Shown here piece by piece: positions 38,626 through 48,260 of a stretch of DNA of 64,000 nt. Below the pieces are notes generated by a model. It worked only from the letters and a program-made list of their open reading frames with translations, searched no databases and was not told the DNA's origin. The position numbers were made by a program, and so were the translations under genes. This stretch comes from a bacterium (GTDB lineage: Bacteria; Patescibacteriota; Patescibacteriia; Veblenbacterales; UBA10138). Numbering within the stretch: the first letter of the stretch is position 1; every line of letters begins with the position of its first letter. The stretch lies in assembly GCA_020057885.1 (NCBI GenBank), contig JAGVEX010000015.1, positions 130,168-194,167 on the forward strand. Reading direction: 5' to 3'.

Positions 38626-38981
38626 AATTTAAATTACCCAAATTAAAAAACATTAAATGGTACTGCTGGCTCAAATTTTTACCCTTGGGCACTATGATAT
38701 TATTGCTTATTTTATTAAGTACCTGTTTAATTTTTCTTAATAAATATTTTTACCAAACCATAGCCGAAATAAAAGTAGTGGGCCTGCTTCAAAATCAAGT
38801 TTCTCTAAGTAAGATTGATTTACCTTTATACCAACAAGTATTTGATAAATGGGAAATCAAGAAAAAAAGTAATACTGAAATATTAGAAAATTTAAATGAT
38901 CCTTTTAGCTCTATTTCGGCAACACCGCTTAACCAGTCTGGGTTGGAATCGGCTAATAAAAAACCTGCGCCAAGCCAATAA
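38622..38981 (+). CDS. hypothetical single-TM protein in the PilP position
   Basis: ATGA overlap with the upstream gene; TM helix; DPF motif. Confidence 0.6.
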   Translation: MKFKLPKLKNIKWYCWLKFLPLGTMILLLILLSTCLIFLNKYFYQTIAEIKVVGLLQNQVSLSKIDLPLYQQVFDKWEIKKKSNTEILENLNDPFSSISATPLNQSGLESANKKPAPSQ

Positions 38982-39043
38982 TTTATCTATAAAAACCACT
39001 AACCAAAAATTGGCAGCCTATTTTACGAATTAATAATCCACTG

Positions 39044-39071
39044 AAACGGAGACTAATAATCTCTGTTTTTT
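39044..39071 (+). terminator. terminator of the pilus operon
   Basis: aaacggaga-N7-tctctgttt followed by a T-run. Confidence 0.6.
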
Positions 39072-39120
39072 ATTTTTTAAAAAATCAATACTCTGCGGAT
39101 AAAAATTACTTCAAACTCCC

Positions 39121-39160
39121 ATCCTGTGAAATATGTCCGGCCGGACATATTTCACAGGAT
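39121..39160. repeat. 40 bp perfect loopless palindrome, TGTCCGGCCGGACA core
   Basis: atcctgtgaaatatgtccgg|ccggacatatttcacaggat. Confidence 0.95.
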
Positions 39161-39183
39161 AGCTTTATCTTCATTAATTATAA

Positions 39184-39423
39184 TTAAACTGAAACCACCT
39201 CGCGTACTTCGGGGATTTCTTTTTTCAATGCTGCTTCTAAGCCAAACTTCAATGTAAGCGTGGACATAGCACAATTCTCACAGGCTCCCTGCAAGCTGAC
39301 TAAAACACGACCATCAACTGGTTCCCAACTGACAAAATTAATAGAACCACCATGCCCTGCTACATAGGGTTCAATTTTAGCCATAATCTTTTTTATTTTT
39401 TTTACTATCTTATCATCTTTCAT
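39184..39423 (-). CDS. NifU/Nfu-type domain protein
   Basis: PY...HGG...LQGACENCAMSTLTLK.G.E. Confidence 0.9.
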   Translation of the reverse strand: MKDDKIVKKIKKIMAKIEPYVAGHGGSINFVSWEPVDGRVLVSLQGACENCAMSTLTLKFGLEAALKKEIPEVREVVSV

Positions 39424-39433
39424 AATTAATAAA

Positions 39434-40210
39434 TTATTTAACTTTATTCACTATAATTATTACCTGTTGGCCTTCTTCCACTTTACCATTATTCCAATCG
39501 TGTACCGCTCTCGCCAAAATTAATTCATTATAACGAAAATTTTCGCCTCGCCGAGTTCCCGGATCGTTAGTAATAAATTCATTATCCTCAAAACCTTTCA
39601 CTACTAACATATGATACACAGGCCCAGGGCGTCTAAAATATGGATTCCCTAAAAGCCTACCAGCTGCTGGCAATAAAACTAATTTATGTTCTAAAATAGC
39701 CTCTTTAATAACCCGAGGATTATATTGTACTACACTTGCCTCTAGAGCATAATAATTTTTTAAAACGGTAGCCACCTCTTGTGCTGTTATATCTTGGGTA
39801 AAACCATTACTTGTTTCCCACTCTACTAATTTTAAAATCTCTTGGTCTGCATAGGTAGGATCAAGTTGTAATTTTTTATTGCCTTTAAAATACTCAGCCG
39901 CCATTATCATACTCGCCTCTTCACAAGCTTCTTGGTAAGGCAAATCCCAATTGGCAAAAGGCGCTTGGGAAGTAAATGGCACTGGTAAAATGGTGATTTT
40001 GTGCTGTTCTTTAATTGGTACAATATTTGGCGCAGTAGGCTCAACGACGGGCAACTTAACTTTAACTTCAGAATCAACATTAATATCTACTGGTGCGGAT
40101 TGGGAAATAGAACCAACTGTCGTTTTATTGGGCTGTCGGCTACAAGCTGAGCCCAATAATAAACTTAAAACAATTACTAAAACAAAAATAGTTAAACCTT
40201 TAAATCTCAT
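39434..40210 (-). CDS. lipoprotein with a peptidase C39-like domain
   Basis: Lipobox LGSAC; SQAP...ACEEAS, YHMLVVKG, ITNDPG. Confidence 0.8.
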   Translation of the reverse strand: MRFKGLTIFVLVIVLSLLLGSACSRQPNKTTVGSISQSAPVDINVDSEVKVKLPVVEPTAPNIVPIKEQHKITILPVPFTSQAPFANWDLPYQEACEEASMIMAAEYFKGNKKLQLDPTYADQEILKLVEWETSNGFTQDITAQEVATVLKNYYALEASVVQYNPRVIKEAILEHKLVLLPAAGRLLGNPYFRRPGPVYHMLVVKGFEDNEFITNDPGTRRGENFRYNELILARAVHDWNNGKVEEGQQVIIIVNKVK

Positions 40211-40269
40211 AGTATATCCATAATAAAGCCTAAATCACATATAGACAAATCCCAAATTATTAACTACAC

Positions 40270-40298
40270 TTGACCAAATTTAATATCCGCCTTATAAT
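40270..40298 (+). promoter_or_regulatory. sigma70 promoter of rpmA
   Basis: TTGACC-N17-TATAAT. Confidence 0.75.
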
Positions 40299-40353
40299 AA
40301 CCTCGTTCTATCTGAACAGCTTTAACTCTTACTCTATTTCTTACTATTAATTT

Positions 40354-40638
40354 ATGGCTCATACAAAAGCAGGCGGCTCCACAGCCCTAGGTCGCGATTC
40401 TGAATCCAAACGCTTGGGCGTTAAACTTTTTGCCGGACAAATTGCTCGCGCGGGCATGGTCTTAGTGCGGCAACGTGGTACTAAATTTTTCCCTGGGAAA
40501 GGTGTTAAAAAGGGCGGCGATGATACTCTTTTTGCTTCAGTTTCCGGAGTAGTTCAGTTTATAAAAAAATGGCGCAGAAGCTATAACGGCAAACTTAAAT
40601 TGTCTAAAGTTGTAACGGTTATACCACAGGAAAAGTAA
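40354..40638 (+). CDS. rpmA: 50S ribosomal protein bL27
   Basis: [22 protein letters not shown]...RQRGT. Confidence 0.98.
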   Translation: MAHTKAGGSTALGRDSESKRLGVKLFAGQIARAGMVLVRQRGTKFFPGKGVKKGGDDTLFASVSGVVQFIKKWRRSYNGKLKLSKVVTVIPQEK

Positions 40639-40651
40639 ACTCATAAACTTT

Positions 40652-40681
40652 AAAATCCACTCCTAACTAGGAGTGGATTTT
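40652..40681. terminator. bidirectional terminator
   Basis: aaaatccactcct-aact-aggagtggatttt. Confidence 0.8.
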
Positions 40682-40735
40682 GTAATAACAGCATTGATTA
40701 GTAAAATTTACCTACCAGCAGACAAAGATACAAAA

Positions 40736-41965
40736 TTATTTAATATCACTTGGTGTAGCATTATGGGTTCCTGCCGATAACGTTCCACCACCAAATTGAG
40801 CTATGTCGGCCTCAAGTCTGAAAGTAATTATATAAGACTCTGTAGAAGCCGCACACACTTGAGGTTGCGCCAAAGTAGCTGAGCAGTAGGTATATTGCTG
40901 TATAGGAGATTGCGGATCAAAAGGTACTTCACTTAAATATGTAGTAGTGCCTGGAATCCCCCAACCGTTATTGGTCAATAAACTGCCGTTTCCATATCCA
41001 AACACAATAGGTACTGCTTGCGATGGGTAGCCTTTCTTATCAGAGGAATAAAGTACAAGTCCAGTTCGAATATATCTAATATTAGACATTCTCTGAACAT
41101 CCCGAATATTCATTTCATCTTTGGCGTTCGGCAATGGGGGGTGATATTTATTTAAGTAAGCACTAATCACGGGCATTATTGCATCAGGATAAGCTATACC
41201 ACCAGGTTGATCTGCAGTAATATAATTTTCTGCATCTATACTCAAATAAACGTTACTGGACACCCATACTACATTGTGGCCGCCAGTGACGTAAACAATG
41301 TTACCATCTAATTTTGACTTGGAAATTTGTCCGGGAAATTGGTCAAGATAATGTTTCTTTATAAAATTATCAGCGTCAGAATTTGTCTTAAAGATTACCA
41401 AGCTAACCTCCACCTGTACAAAAGAATACTCAGTAAGGGCTATTGGTGTAGCAAACCCTTCATATTTGTTTGGATTTTTAAGTGCTTCAGTCTTATCTGC
41501 ATCTATTTCAGCCTGACTTGGTGGTTCAACTGGTACATGCTCTTTTTTATACGAAATTATAAAATTATTAAGTTGCTCAGGTGGTAGATCTTTATAAATT
41601 GCTTCTCTTGTACTTATAAATTTGAAGTCACCAATGTTGGATTTAATAATAAAATCATTAACTTCAGTAGGTGGCAATTTAAGTGGATCGTGACCACTCT
41701 TAACTTCAACACTATCACTATACCCATCGCCATCAGTATCAGCCTTATTAGGGTCAGTACCTAAGGCACGTTCTTGTTCATCAGTTAATCCATCACCATC
41801 GGTATCAATATTAACTATTGTTTGATTAGTATTCGTATTTACATTAACTGCGGTATTAGCATTGTTTTGTTGAGCTGGTGTTTGTTGGGTTGGTGTTTTA
41901 GAGCAAGAAGCACCAAACAAAACTAAAGTTGAAATAGTTATTAAGCCGATGAAATATTTTCTCAT
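40736..41965 (-). CDS. lipoprotein with DxDxDG Ca-binding repeats and a C-terminal pilin-like head
   Basis: Lipobox FGASC; DTDGDG twice; RDVQRMSNIRYIRTGLVLY....GYP. Confidence 0.7.
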   Translation of the reverse strand: MRKYFIGLITISTLVLFGASCSKTPTQQTPAQQNNANTAVNVNTNTNQTIVNIDTDGDGLTDEQERALGTDPNKADTDGDGYSDSVEVKSGHDPLKLPPTEVNDFIIKSNIGDFKFISTREAIYKDLPPEQLNNFIISYKKEHVPVEPPSQAEIDADKTEALKNPNKYEGFATPIALTEYSFVQVEVSLVIFKTNSDADNFIKKHYLDQFPGQISKSKLDGNIVYVTGGHNVVWVSSNVYLSIDAENYITADQPGGIAYPDAIMPVISAYLNKYHPPLPNAKDEMNIRDVQRMSNIRYIRTGLVLYSSDKKGYPSQAVPIVFGYGNGSLLTNNGWGIPGTTTYLSEVPFDPQSPIQQYTYCSATLAQPQVCAASTESYIITFRLEADIAQFGGGTLSAGTHNATPSDIK

Positions 41966-42079
41966 ATATTTAAGTTAATAATTGATCATTTAATTATATC
42001 ACTATGATCAAAAACCATCCTTATTAGGTGATTTAAAAAGTGCTGGCAGAATAAACGGGCATAGAATTAATTGTACTTT

Positions 42080-43747
42080 TTACCGCTTCGCGCACGCCCC
42101 CATAAAATCTCTGAACAACGGATGTGGGCGTAAAGGTCGCGATTGGAACTCAGGATGAAATTGCGTACCCAGCATAAACGGATGATCTTTAATTTCAGCA
42201 ATTTCAACTAAATTTTTCTCGGGGTTAACACCACTGAAAACAAAACCAGCTTCCACAAACTTTTCACGGTAATCATTATTAAACTCATAGCGATGCCGAT
42301 GCCGCTCAGAAATTGTCACTGCCCCACTCTTATTATCCATAGGCACTGCGTGTGAAGTTTTGGCTGTATAAGCATCATAAGCCAAAGTATTAACATCCAA
42401 CTTGCACTGATACGCGCCCAAACGCATACTCGCACCCATATATTTAGCTTCTAAATTTTTGCGCTGTTCGGGTATAATATGAATTACTGGATTTTTCACT
42501 TCCGCGTCAAACTCGGTTGAATTAACTTCTTTGGTTTTTAAAAGATAACGTCCGAACTCAATAGACATAATCTGCATTCCCAAACAAAGCCCTAAATAAG
42601 GAACTTTATTTTCACGAGCATAATTGGCCGCCTGAATCTTACCCTCAATACCGCGATTGCCAAAACCACCTGGCACCACAATGCCGTTAGCACTCCTCAG
42701 GCGTTTCCACTCTTTAGCATCGCGCTCCTCAAGTTTTTCTGAATCTATATCAATAATGCTTAAACGCACGCCTTGAAAGGCGGCGGCGGCTTTTAGCGCT
42801 TCGTGTACGCTAATATAAGCGTCGCCATGGGCCGTATATTTACCAACCAGCGCAACCATAACCTTACGCGCCTTGGCGCTACGCATACGCCTTACCAAAG
42901 TGCTCCATTCTTTAAGATTCGGCTTTTTGCCTTTTAGACCAAAATGCTCAAAAATCAACTTAGAAATATGATAAGATTCTAGGTCGAGAGGAACTTCATA
43001 AATTGACTTTAAAGTAGGGCAAGGAATAGCGTTAGCCAGCGGCACGTCACAGAACAAAGCAATTTTTTCTAACAAATCTTTGCTAATTTTAGAATCGGCC
43101 CGCGCTAAAATAATATCCGGCTGAATACCCATGCGATGTAACTCCCTTACTGCCATTTGTGTAGGCTTTGTTTTGAGCTCTCCCGAAGTATCAAGATATG
43201 GTAACAAAGTTGTTAAGATGAACAAAACCTGATCGGGCCCTGCTTCACGATGAAACTGTCGAGCCGCCTCAAGATATGGCTCACCCTCAATATCACCCAC
43301 TGTGCCGCCAATTTCAATTAACAAAAAATCAGGTTTGGTTCTAGCGGCTGCATCATTAATACGATTTTTAATTTCAGCAGTAATATGAGGAATAACTTGG
43401 ATAGTACGCCCCAAATAAACGCCTTGACGCTCTTCTTGTAAAACTTTTTGATAAACTTGTCCGGTAGTAATATTGGAAAGACGCGACAACGGTTCGTCAA
43501 TAAATCTTTCGTAATGTCCCAAATCCAAATCAGCCTCGTAGCCATCATCTGTCACAAAAACTTCCCCGTGCTGATACGGGCTCATAGTGCCTGGATCGAT
43601 ATTTAAATATGGATCCATTTTCATCACACTTACAGTGTAACCAGCTGTTTTTAAAATAGCACCAATAGCAGCCATAGCCGTACCCTTGCCTAAGCCAGAG
43701 CACACGCCGCCTGTTACAAAAATATATTTTGTTTTAATTGGTGGCAT
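42080..43747 (-). CDS. pyrG: CTP synthase
   Basis: TGGV.SGLGKG, GGTVGDIE, GLCLGMQ, QFHPEF. Confidence 0.98.
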   Translation of the reverse strand: MPPIKTKYIFVTGGVCSGLGKGTAMAAIGAILKTAGYTVSVMKMDPYLNIDPGTMSPYQHGEVFVTDDGYEADLDLGHYERFIDEPLSRLSNITTGQVYQKVLQEERQGVYLGRTIQVIPHITAEIKNRINDAAARTKPDFLLIEIGGTVGDIEGEPYLEAARQFHREAGPDQVLFILTTLLPYLDTSGELKTKPTQMAVRELHRMGIQPDIILARADSKISKDLLEKIALFCDVPLANAIPCPTLKSIYEVPLDLESYHISKLIFEHFGLKGKKPNLKEWSTLVRRMRSAKARKVMVALVGKYTAHGDAYISVHEALKAAAAFQGVRLSIIDIDSEKLEERDAKEWKRLRSANGIVVPGGFGNRGIEGKIQAANYARENKVPYLGLCLGMQIMSIEFGRYLLKTKEVNSTEFDAEVKNPVIHIIPEQRKNLEAKYMGASMRLGAYQCKLDVNTLAYDAYTAKTSHAVPMDNKSGAVTISERHRHRYEFNNDYREKFVEAGFVFSGVNPEKNLVEIAEIKDHPFMLGTQFHPEFQSRPLRPHPLFRDFMGACAKR

Positions 43748-43768
43748 ACCCAGTAACAATAACAATGA

Positions 43769-44215
43769 TTAAACGGCTTTAATATGTATAGTAAGAGTTG
43801 CACTAACAGTGGGGTGTAATTTAACAGTTACTTGGTGCTCTCCCACTGTTTTTAAATGCTCACTAATTACAAGCTGAGCTGGTGTAATTGGAATTTTGAT
43901 TTCATTTTGAATTGCATCGGCAATTTGCTCTGCTGTAATAGCGGCATAAAGTGTACCAGAAGAAGACGTTTTAGTGTTTATAGTAACAACTTTATTTTTA
44001 AATCGTGATAAGTAAGCTTGGGCTTGAACTAATTGCTTGGTATCTTGTTTTTGTTGGGCTTGTGTTTTTTGAGACAAGGCAACCAAATTAACAGGTGTAG
44101 CTTTTAGCGCTAATCCACGCGGAAACAAATAATTCAAAGCATAGCCATCGCTTACTTCTTTAACCTCATCGCGATTAGCAACACCAGAAACACCTTGAAT
44201 AAAAATAACTTTCAT
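43769..44215 (-). CDS. rplI: 50S ribosomal protein bL9
   Basis: MKVIF...EVSDGYALNYLFPRGLA; LK.VGEH.V...LHP. Confidence 0.95.
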   Translation of the reverse strand: MKVIFIQGVSGVANRDEVKEVSDGYALNYLFPRGLALKATPVNLVALSQKTQAQQKQDTKQLVQAQAYLSRFKNKVVTINTKTSSSGTLYAAITAEQIADAIQNEIKIPITPAQLVISEHLKTVGEHQVTVKLHPTVSATLTIHIKAV

Positions 44216-44220
44216 TTTAC

Positions 44221-45483
44221 TTATTTGTTTAATAATTCCAAAGCTCTATCAAGTTGTGGATCAGTCCCCTTTTCAACATCTTCTTTAGAAAACTTAACCT
44301 CAATATCTGGCTTAATGCCGTTTTTATCAATCGATCGTCCTTGAGGCGTAAACCATTTAGCCACTGTAAGTTTTACCGCGCTACCATCGGGCAATTCCTC
44401 TAAATTTTGCACCGAACCCTTGCCAAAAGTCTGTTCACCCACAATGGTGGCTAATTTTAAATCTTGCAAAGCGCCAGCAACAATTTCCGAAGCTGAAGCT
44501 GAACCTTGATTAACCAAAATAATTGTCGGCGTGCCTGCCAACTCACCACCACCTATGCTCATATGCTCCTTAAAATTTGGCGGTATAAGCTGTTCTTTTA
44601 CTACCACACCTTTAGCGACCCAGTGACTAGAAATTGCAATAGCTTGGTCTAAATATCCACCGGGATTATTACGCAAATCAATAATAATACCCTTGGGTCC
44701 TTGGGTTGTCAGTTGAGCTAAAACAGAACGAAAAGTATTGTCTGTATCGCTCGCAAAATGTACCAACTTAATATAAGCCACCTTATCCTTACTGTTGGGT
44801 AAATTTTTTAACTCACCAGTTACCAAGGGAATTTCAATCCGTGATCGAGTAATCTCCACATTGCGCGACTCATTTTCACCCTGACTTAAAATAAGTAAAT
44901 TAACTTTGGTGCCGCGCGCGCCGCGAATAAGAGTCACTGCGTAATCTACCGACATAGCGGTGGTATCCACCTTATCAATTGCCAAAATTTTATCTCCCGG
45001 TTTGAGTCCAGCTTTGGCTGACGGAGTACCCGACAAAGGCGCTATGATTGTTAAAATATTATCCTTCAAACCTATCTCCGCTCCAATACCATCAAAATTA
45101 CCTTGTAATTCACTGTCAAATTTTTTAGCTGTAACAGGATCCATAAATACCGAATAAGGATCACCCAAACCCGCCACCATACCTTCAAGGGCACCATAAA
45201 AAAGCTTGGTATCTACCACGGGTTGCTCTAAATATTCAGAGTGTATTCTCTCCCACAAATTCCAAAACAAAGAAAAATCAACATCTTTGCCTAAATACGA
45301 AGGTAAGGGCTGGTTAGTGTTAGTAATATTTCCGCCGGTAGGCAAATACTTGGAAGTAGATTCTTGGCCTGCTACAAAACCAATCACGAGGGAGACTATT
45401 ACAAAAATAACCACCAAAGTGGCTGGCACAACCCGCTGAGGGCGGGGTTTAGTTGGCCAACTAATTGGTGGAATAAATGTCAT
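44221..45483 (-). CDS. ctpA: carboxyl-terminal processing protease (S41, PDZ)
   Basis: GIGAEI, DLRNNPGG, SASASEI, TFGKGSVQ. Confidence 0.93.
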   Translation of the reverse strand: MTFIPPISWPTKPRPQRVVPATLVVIFVIVSLVIGFVAGQESTSKYLPTGGNITNTNQPLPSYLGKDVDFSLFWNLWERIHSEYLEQPVVDTKLFYGALEGMVAGLGDPYSVFMDPVTAKKFDSELQGNFDGIGAEIGLKDNILTIIAPLSGTPSAKAGLKPGDKILAIDKVDTTAMSVDYAVTLIRGARGTKVNLLILSQGENESRNVEITRSRIEIPLVTGELKNLPNSKDKVAYIKLVHFASDTDNTFRSVLAQLTTQGPKGIIIDLRNNPGGYLDQAIAISSHWVAKGVVVKEQLIPPNFKEHMSIGGGELAGTPTIILVNQGSASASEIVAGALQDLKLATIVGEQTFGKGSVQNLEELPDGSAVKLTVAKWFTPQGRSIDKNGIKPDIEVKFSKEDVEKGTDPQLDRALELLNK

Positions 45484-45553
45484 GTATTTACAATATAAAA
45501 AATACTACTCGAAAGGATTTTACCATATCATACGAGGTATGGTCAAAATAATA

Positions 45554-46804
45554 TTACTCTCTGCGCAAATGCGCCCCTACTGTCTTAAGTCTTTCGTCAA
45601 TGCGTTCATAGCCACGATCTATTACCTCTGCGTCGTTAATAATAGTTTCACCTTGGGCAATCAAACCTGCAATCACAAGTGTAGCGCCAGCGCGTAAATC
45701 AAAAGAACGAATTTCGCGACCATAAAGTGGCGTGGGACCGGTGATTACCACCCGATGAGGATCAGCTATTAAAGCATTAGCACCCATTTTAATAAGTTCT
45801 GTAATATGGTTCATTCTTCCTTCATATAACGGATCGTGAACAAGTGAGGTCCCACTAGCTTGGGTGGCGAGTACACTAAAGGGTGCCTGCAAATCTGTGG
45901 GAAATCCCGGATACGGCATGGCTTGCAATTTAAAAGGTTTAAGTTGGCGGCTAGCTCGCACTATTAAAGTATCATCTTTTAATTCATATAACACTCCTAT
46001 TTCTTTAAGTTTTAAAAGTATTAATGCTAAATGGTCAGGAATTACCGGACTTATACTAAGCTCTCCCCTGCTCACGGCGGCTAACACGGCCCAGGTACCA
46101 GCTTCTATATAATCCGGTACAATTTGATGTACAGTACCGTGTAATTTATCCACACCTTCTATAATTATGCGATGAGTGCCAAAGCCGGAAATTTTTGCGC
46201 CCATGCTTAATAAAAATTTACAAAGATCTTGCACGTGAGGCTCAGCGGCGGCTAGATCTATAATAGTAGTGCCCTGAGCTAAAACAGCCGCCATAATAAT
46301 ATTCTCCGTAGCAGTTACAGAAAATTCTGGCAAAACCACATTAGTGCCTATTAACTTTTTAGTTTTAAGATGATAAACATCATCTTCAGCTACTACACTC
46401 ACTCCCAATTGAGCTAAACCTTGAAGATGCGCGCCCAGAGGACGATTGCCAATAATGCAACCGCCCGGCTCTGGTAAACGTACCTCGCCTAAACGAGCCA
46501 ACAACGGCCCAAACATTAAAACTGAAGAGCGCATTCCTTTTACCAATTTTGGTTCTAAATGCTTTAATTCTAAATGTGAAGCCTTAACTATAACCGTGGT
46601 TCCTTCCTGTTTAACTTCGGCGCCCAGCTCTTGTAAAAGCTTAAGCATTTTATCAACATCCGAAATATTGGGTACATTATGTAAAACGCACTCCTCCTCG
46701 GTTAAAAGAGTAGCGGCTAAAATTGGTGTAACAGCGTTTTTAGAGCCAGGCACCTTAACTTCACCGTGTAAAGGATGGCCGCCTTCTATCACTAAGTTAG
46801 ACAT
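45554..46804 (-). CDS. murA: UDP-GlcNAc 1-carboxyvinyltransferase
   Basis: GSKNA, PGGCIIGNRP, PGFPTDLQ, DLRAGA. Confidence 0.97.
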   Translation of the reverse strand: MSNLVIEGGHPLHGEVKVPGSKNAVTPILAATLLTEEECVLHNVPNISDVDKMLKLLQELGAEVKQEGTTVIVKASHLELKHLEPKLVKGMRSSVLMFGPLLARLGEVRLPEPGGCIIGNRPLGAHLQGLAQLGVSVVAEDDVYHLKTKKLIGTNVVLPEFSVTATENIIMAAVLAQGTTIIDLAAAEPHVQDLCKFLLSMGAKISGFGTHRIIIEGVDKLHGTVHQIVPDYIEAGTWAVLAAVSRGELSISPVIPDHLALILLKLKEIGVLYELKDDTLIVRASRQLKPFKLQAMPYPGFPTDLQAPFSVLATQASGTSLVHDPLYEGRMNHITELIKMGANALIADPHRVVITGPTPLYGREIRSFDLRAGATLVIAGLIAQGETIINDAEVIDRGYERIDERLKTVGAHLRRE

Positions 46805-46871
46805 GGTAAACTATAAAGAGTATTAATTACGTAGCTATTTTAGCTTAATTAGCCACCGGAGACAAGTTATT

Positions 46872-48260
46872 ATGGATCTTTTTATAAGAAGGATATTATA
46901 TTCGAGCTTTTTTGTTGTTTTTATAATAGTATCAGCTGTTTTATTATTTTATCTACAGGGCTTTCGCTATAATGCCCAAAAAGGAATAGTGGAGCGCACT
47001 GGAGCAATTGTAGCCGAATCAATCCCTGAACAAGCTACAGTAGTAATTAATGGGGAAATTAAAAAAAATACTACACCATCTTCATTTCAATCGCTTAACC
47101 CTGGAGATTACGAAGTGGTAATTAATATGTCAGGTTGGCAAACCTGGCATAAAATTATAACAGTAAAACCATCGCGTGCCACTTTTACCGGGGTAGTACA
47201 TTTGTGGCCAACCCCACAAGTCGGCGAACGAATAACCACCAATCCAGCAGTTAACGTAACCTCGTCGCCTGACCGCTCAAAAATTTTATACTATTCAAAA
47301 TCTGGATTATCTTCTGGAATTTGGTTACTTAATTTAGCTAATGGAGAAACAAATATAATTGCCCGGCCCTCTCTGACTGATATTTTATCACTGGAATGGA
47401 CCAATTCTGGTAAAGAATTTTTAATAACCCAAAAATCTTTAGGTGGAAATAATTTCCAAATTTTTAATCTAAGTGAAAGGCAATGGGGTAATCTTAATTT
47501 TCCTACTAATTTCTCTCCCTCCATTATTCATTTTAATGAAGATGAAAATATAATATATGCTTATTCCCAAAATGAACTCTACCAATTTAACCGCCGCACG
47601 CATTCACTTAAACTTGTTTGGCGAGAAAAATTAAATGATTTTCGCTATCACGACGGCCTTATTTTTGGATTAGTCCCCAATGAAAGTGGTGGCATTAATT
47701 TAAAAATCTTAAATTTATCTAATCTTCAGCTAGTGCCAATGGAAGACTCTCTTGTGCTATCAACTTCCCTTGCTTTTTTGGAAAGCAAAGGTGATTGGCT
47801 GCCCTTGTTTGACCAAGATCGCCACACACTTTATTTACTTCATTCGCCACTTACTGAGCTAGAGCCAATTCGTCGGTTACCCGAAATAACTAAAATTGAT
47901 TGGGCTAGTGACGGAAAAAGTATTTTGTTAACTAATAATTTTGAAATGTGGCAATATAATATCCCCGACAATAAATTAAATTTGCTTTTACGAGTTAGTA
48001 CTCCGCTTACTCAGGCCCGCTTTTTGAACAATGAACCATATTTAATATATACCAGCGGCACTAAAGTGTGGGGATTAGAGCTCGACACGCGCGGCGAACA
48101 ACAAAACTGGCTACTGGCCGACTACCCCAGCGCCGTGGAAGATATTTTTATTGATCCCCTGTCCAAAAGCGTCAACGTAAAATTACCTGATGGATTTTGG
48201 AGAATTAATTTAAAGCCAAATTTGTCCCAGAGCGACGAGCCGCTAATAAACTGGCCTTAA
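46872..48260 (+). CDS. PEGA domain and beta-propeller-like membrane-anchored protein
   Basis: N-terminal TM; S.PEQATV.ING.....TP.....L.PGDY PEGA motif; repeated WS/SPDG-like blades. Confidence 0.75.
   Translation: MDLFIRRILYSSFFVVFIIVSAVLLFYLQGFRYNAQKGIVERTGAIVAESIPEQATVVINGEIKKNTTPSSFQSLNPGDYEVVINMSGWQTWHKIITVKPSRATFTGVVHLWPTPQVGERITTNPAVNVTSSPDRSKILYYSKSGLSSGIWLLNLANGETNIIARPSLTDILSLEWTNSGKEFLITQKSLGGNNFQIFNLSERQWGNLNFPTNFSPSIIHFNEDENIIYAYSQNELYQFNRRTHSLKLVWREKLNDFRYHDGLIFGLVPNESGGINLKILNLSNLQLVPMEDSLVLSTSLAFLESKGDWLPLFDQDRHTLYLLHSPLTELEPIRRLPEITKIDWASDGKSILLTNNFEMWQYNIPDNKLNLLLRVSTPLTQARFLNNEPYLIYTSGTKVWGLELDTRGEQQNWLLADYPSAVEDIFIDPLSKSVNVKLPDGFWRINLKPNLSQSDEPLINWP

Noticed and set aside
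5813-39160. CRISPR array or integron attC interpretation of the palindromes
   Set aside because: The copies are dispersed rather than regularly spaced; there are no cas or integrase genes; perfect symmetry lacks the extrahelical bases of attC sites
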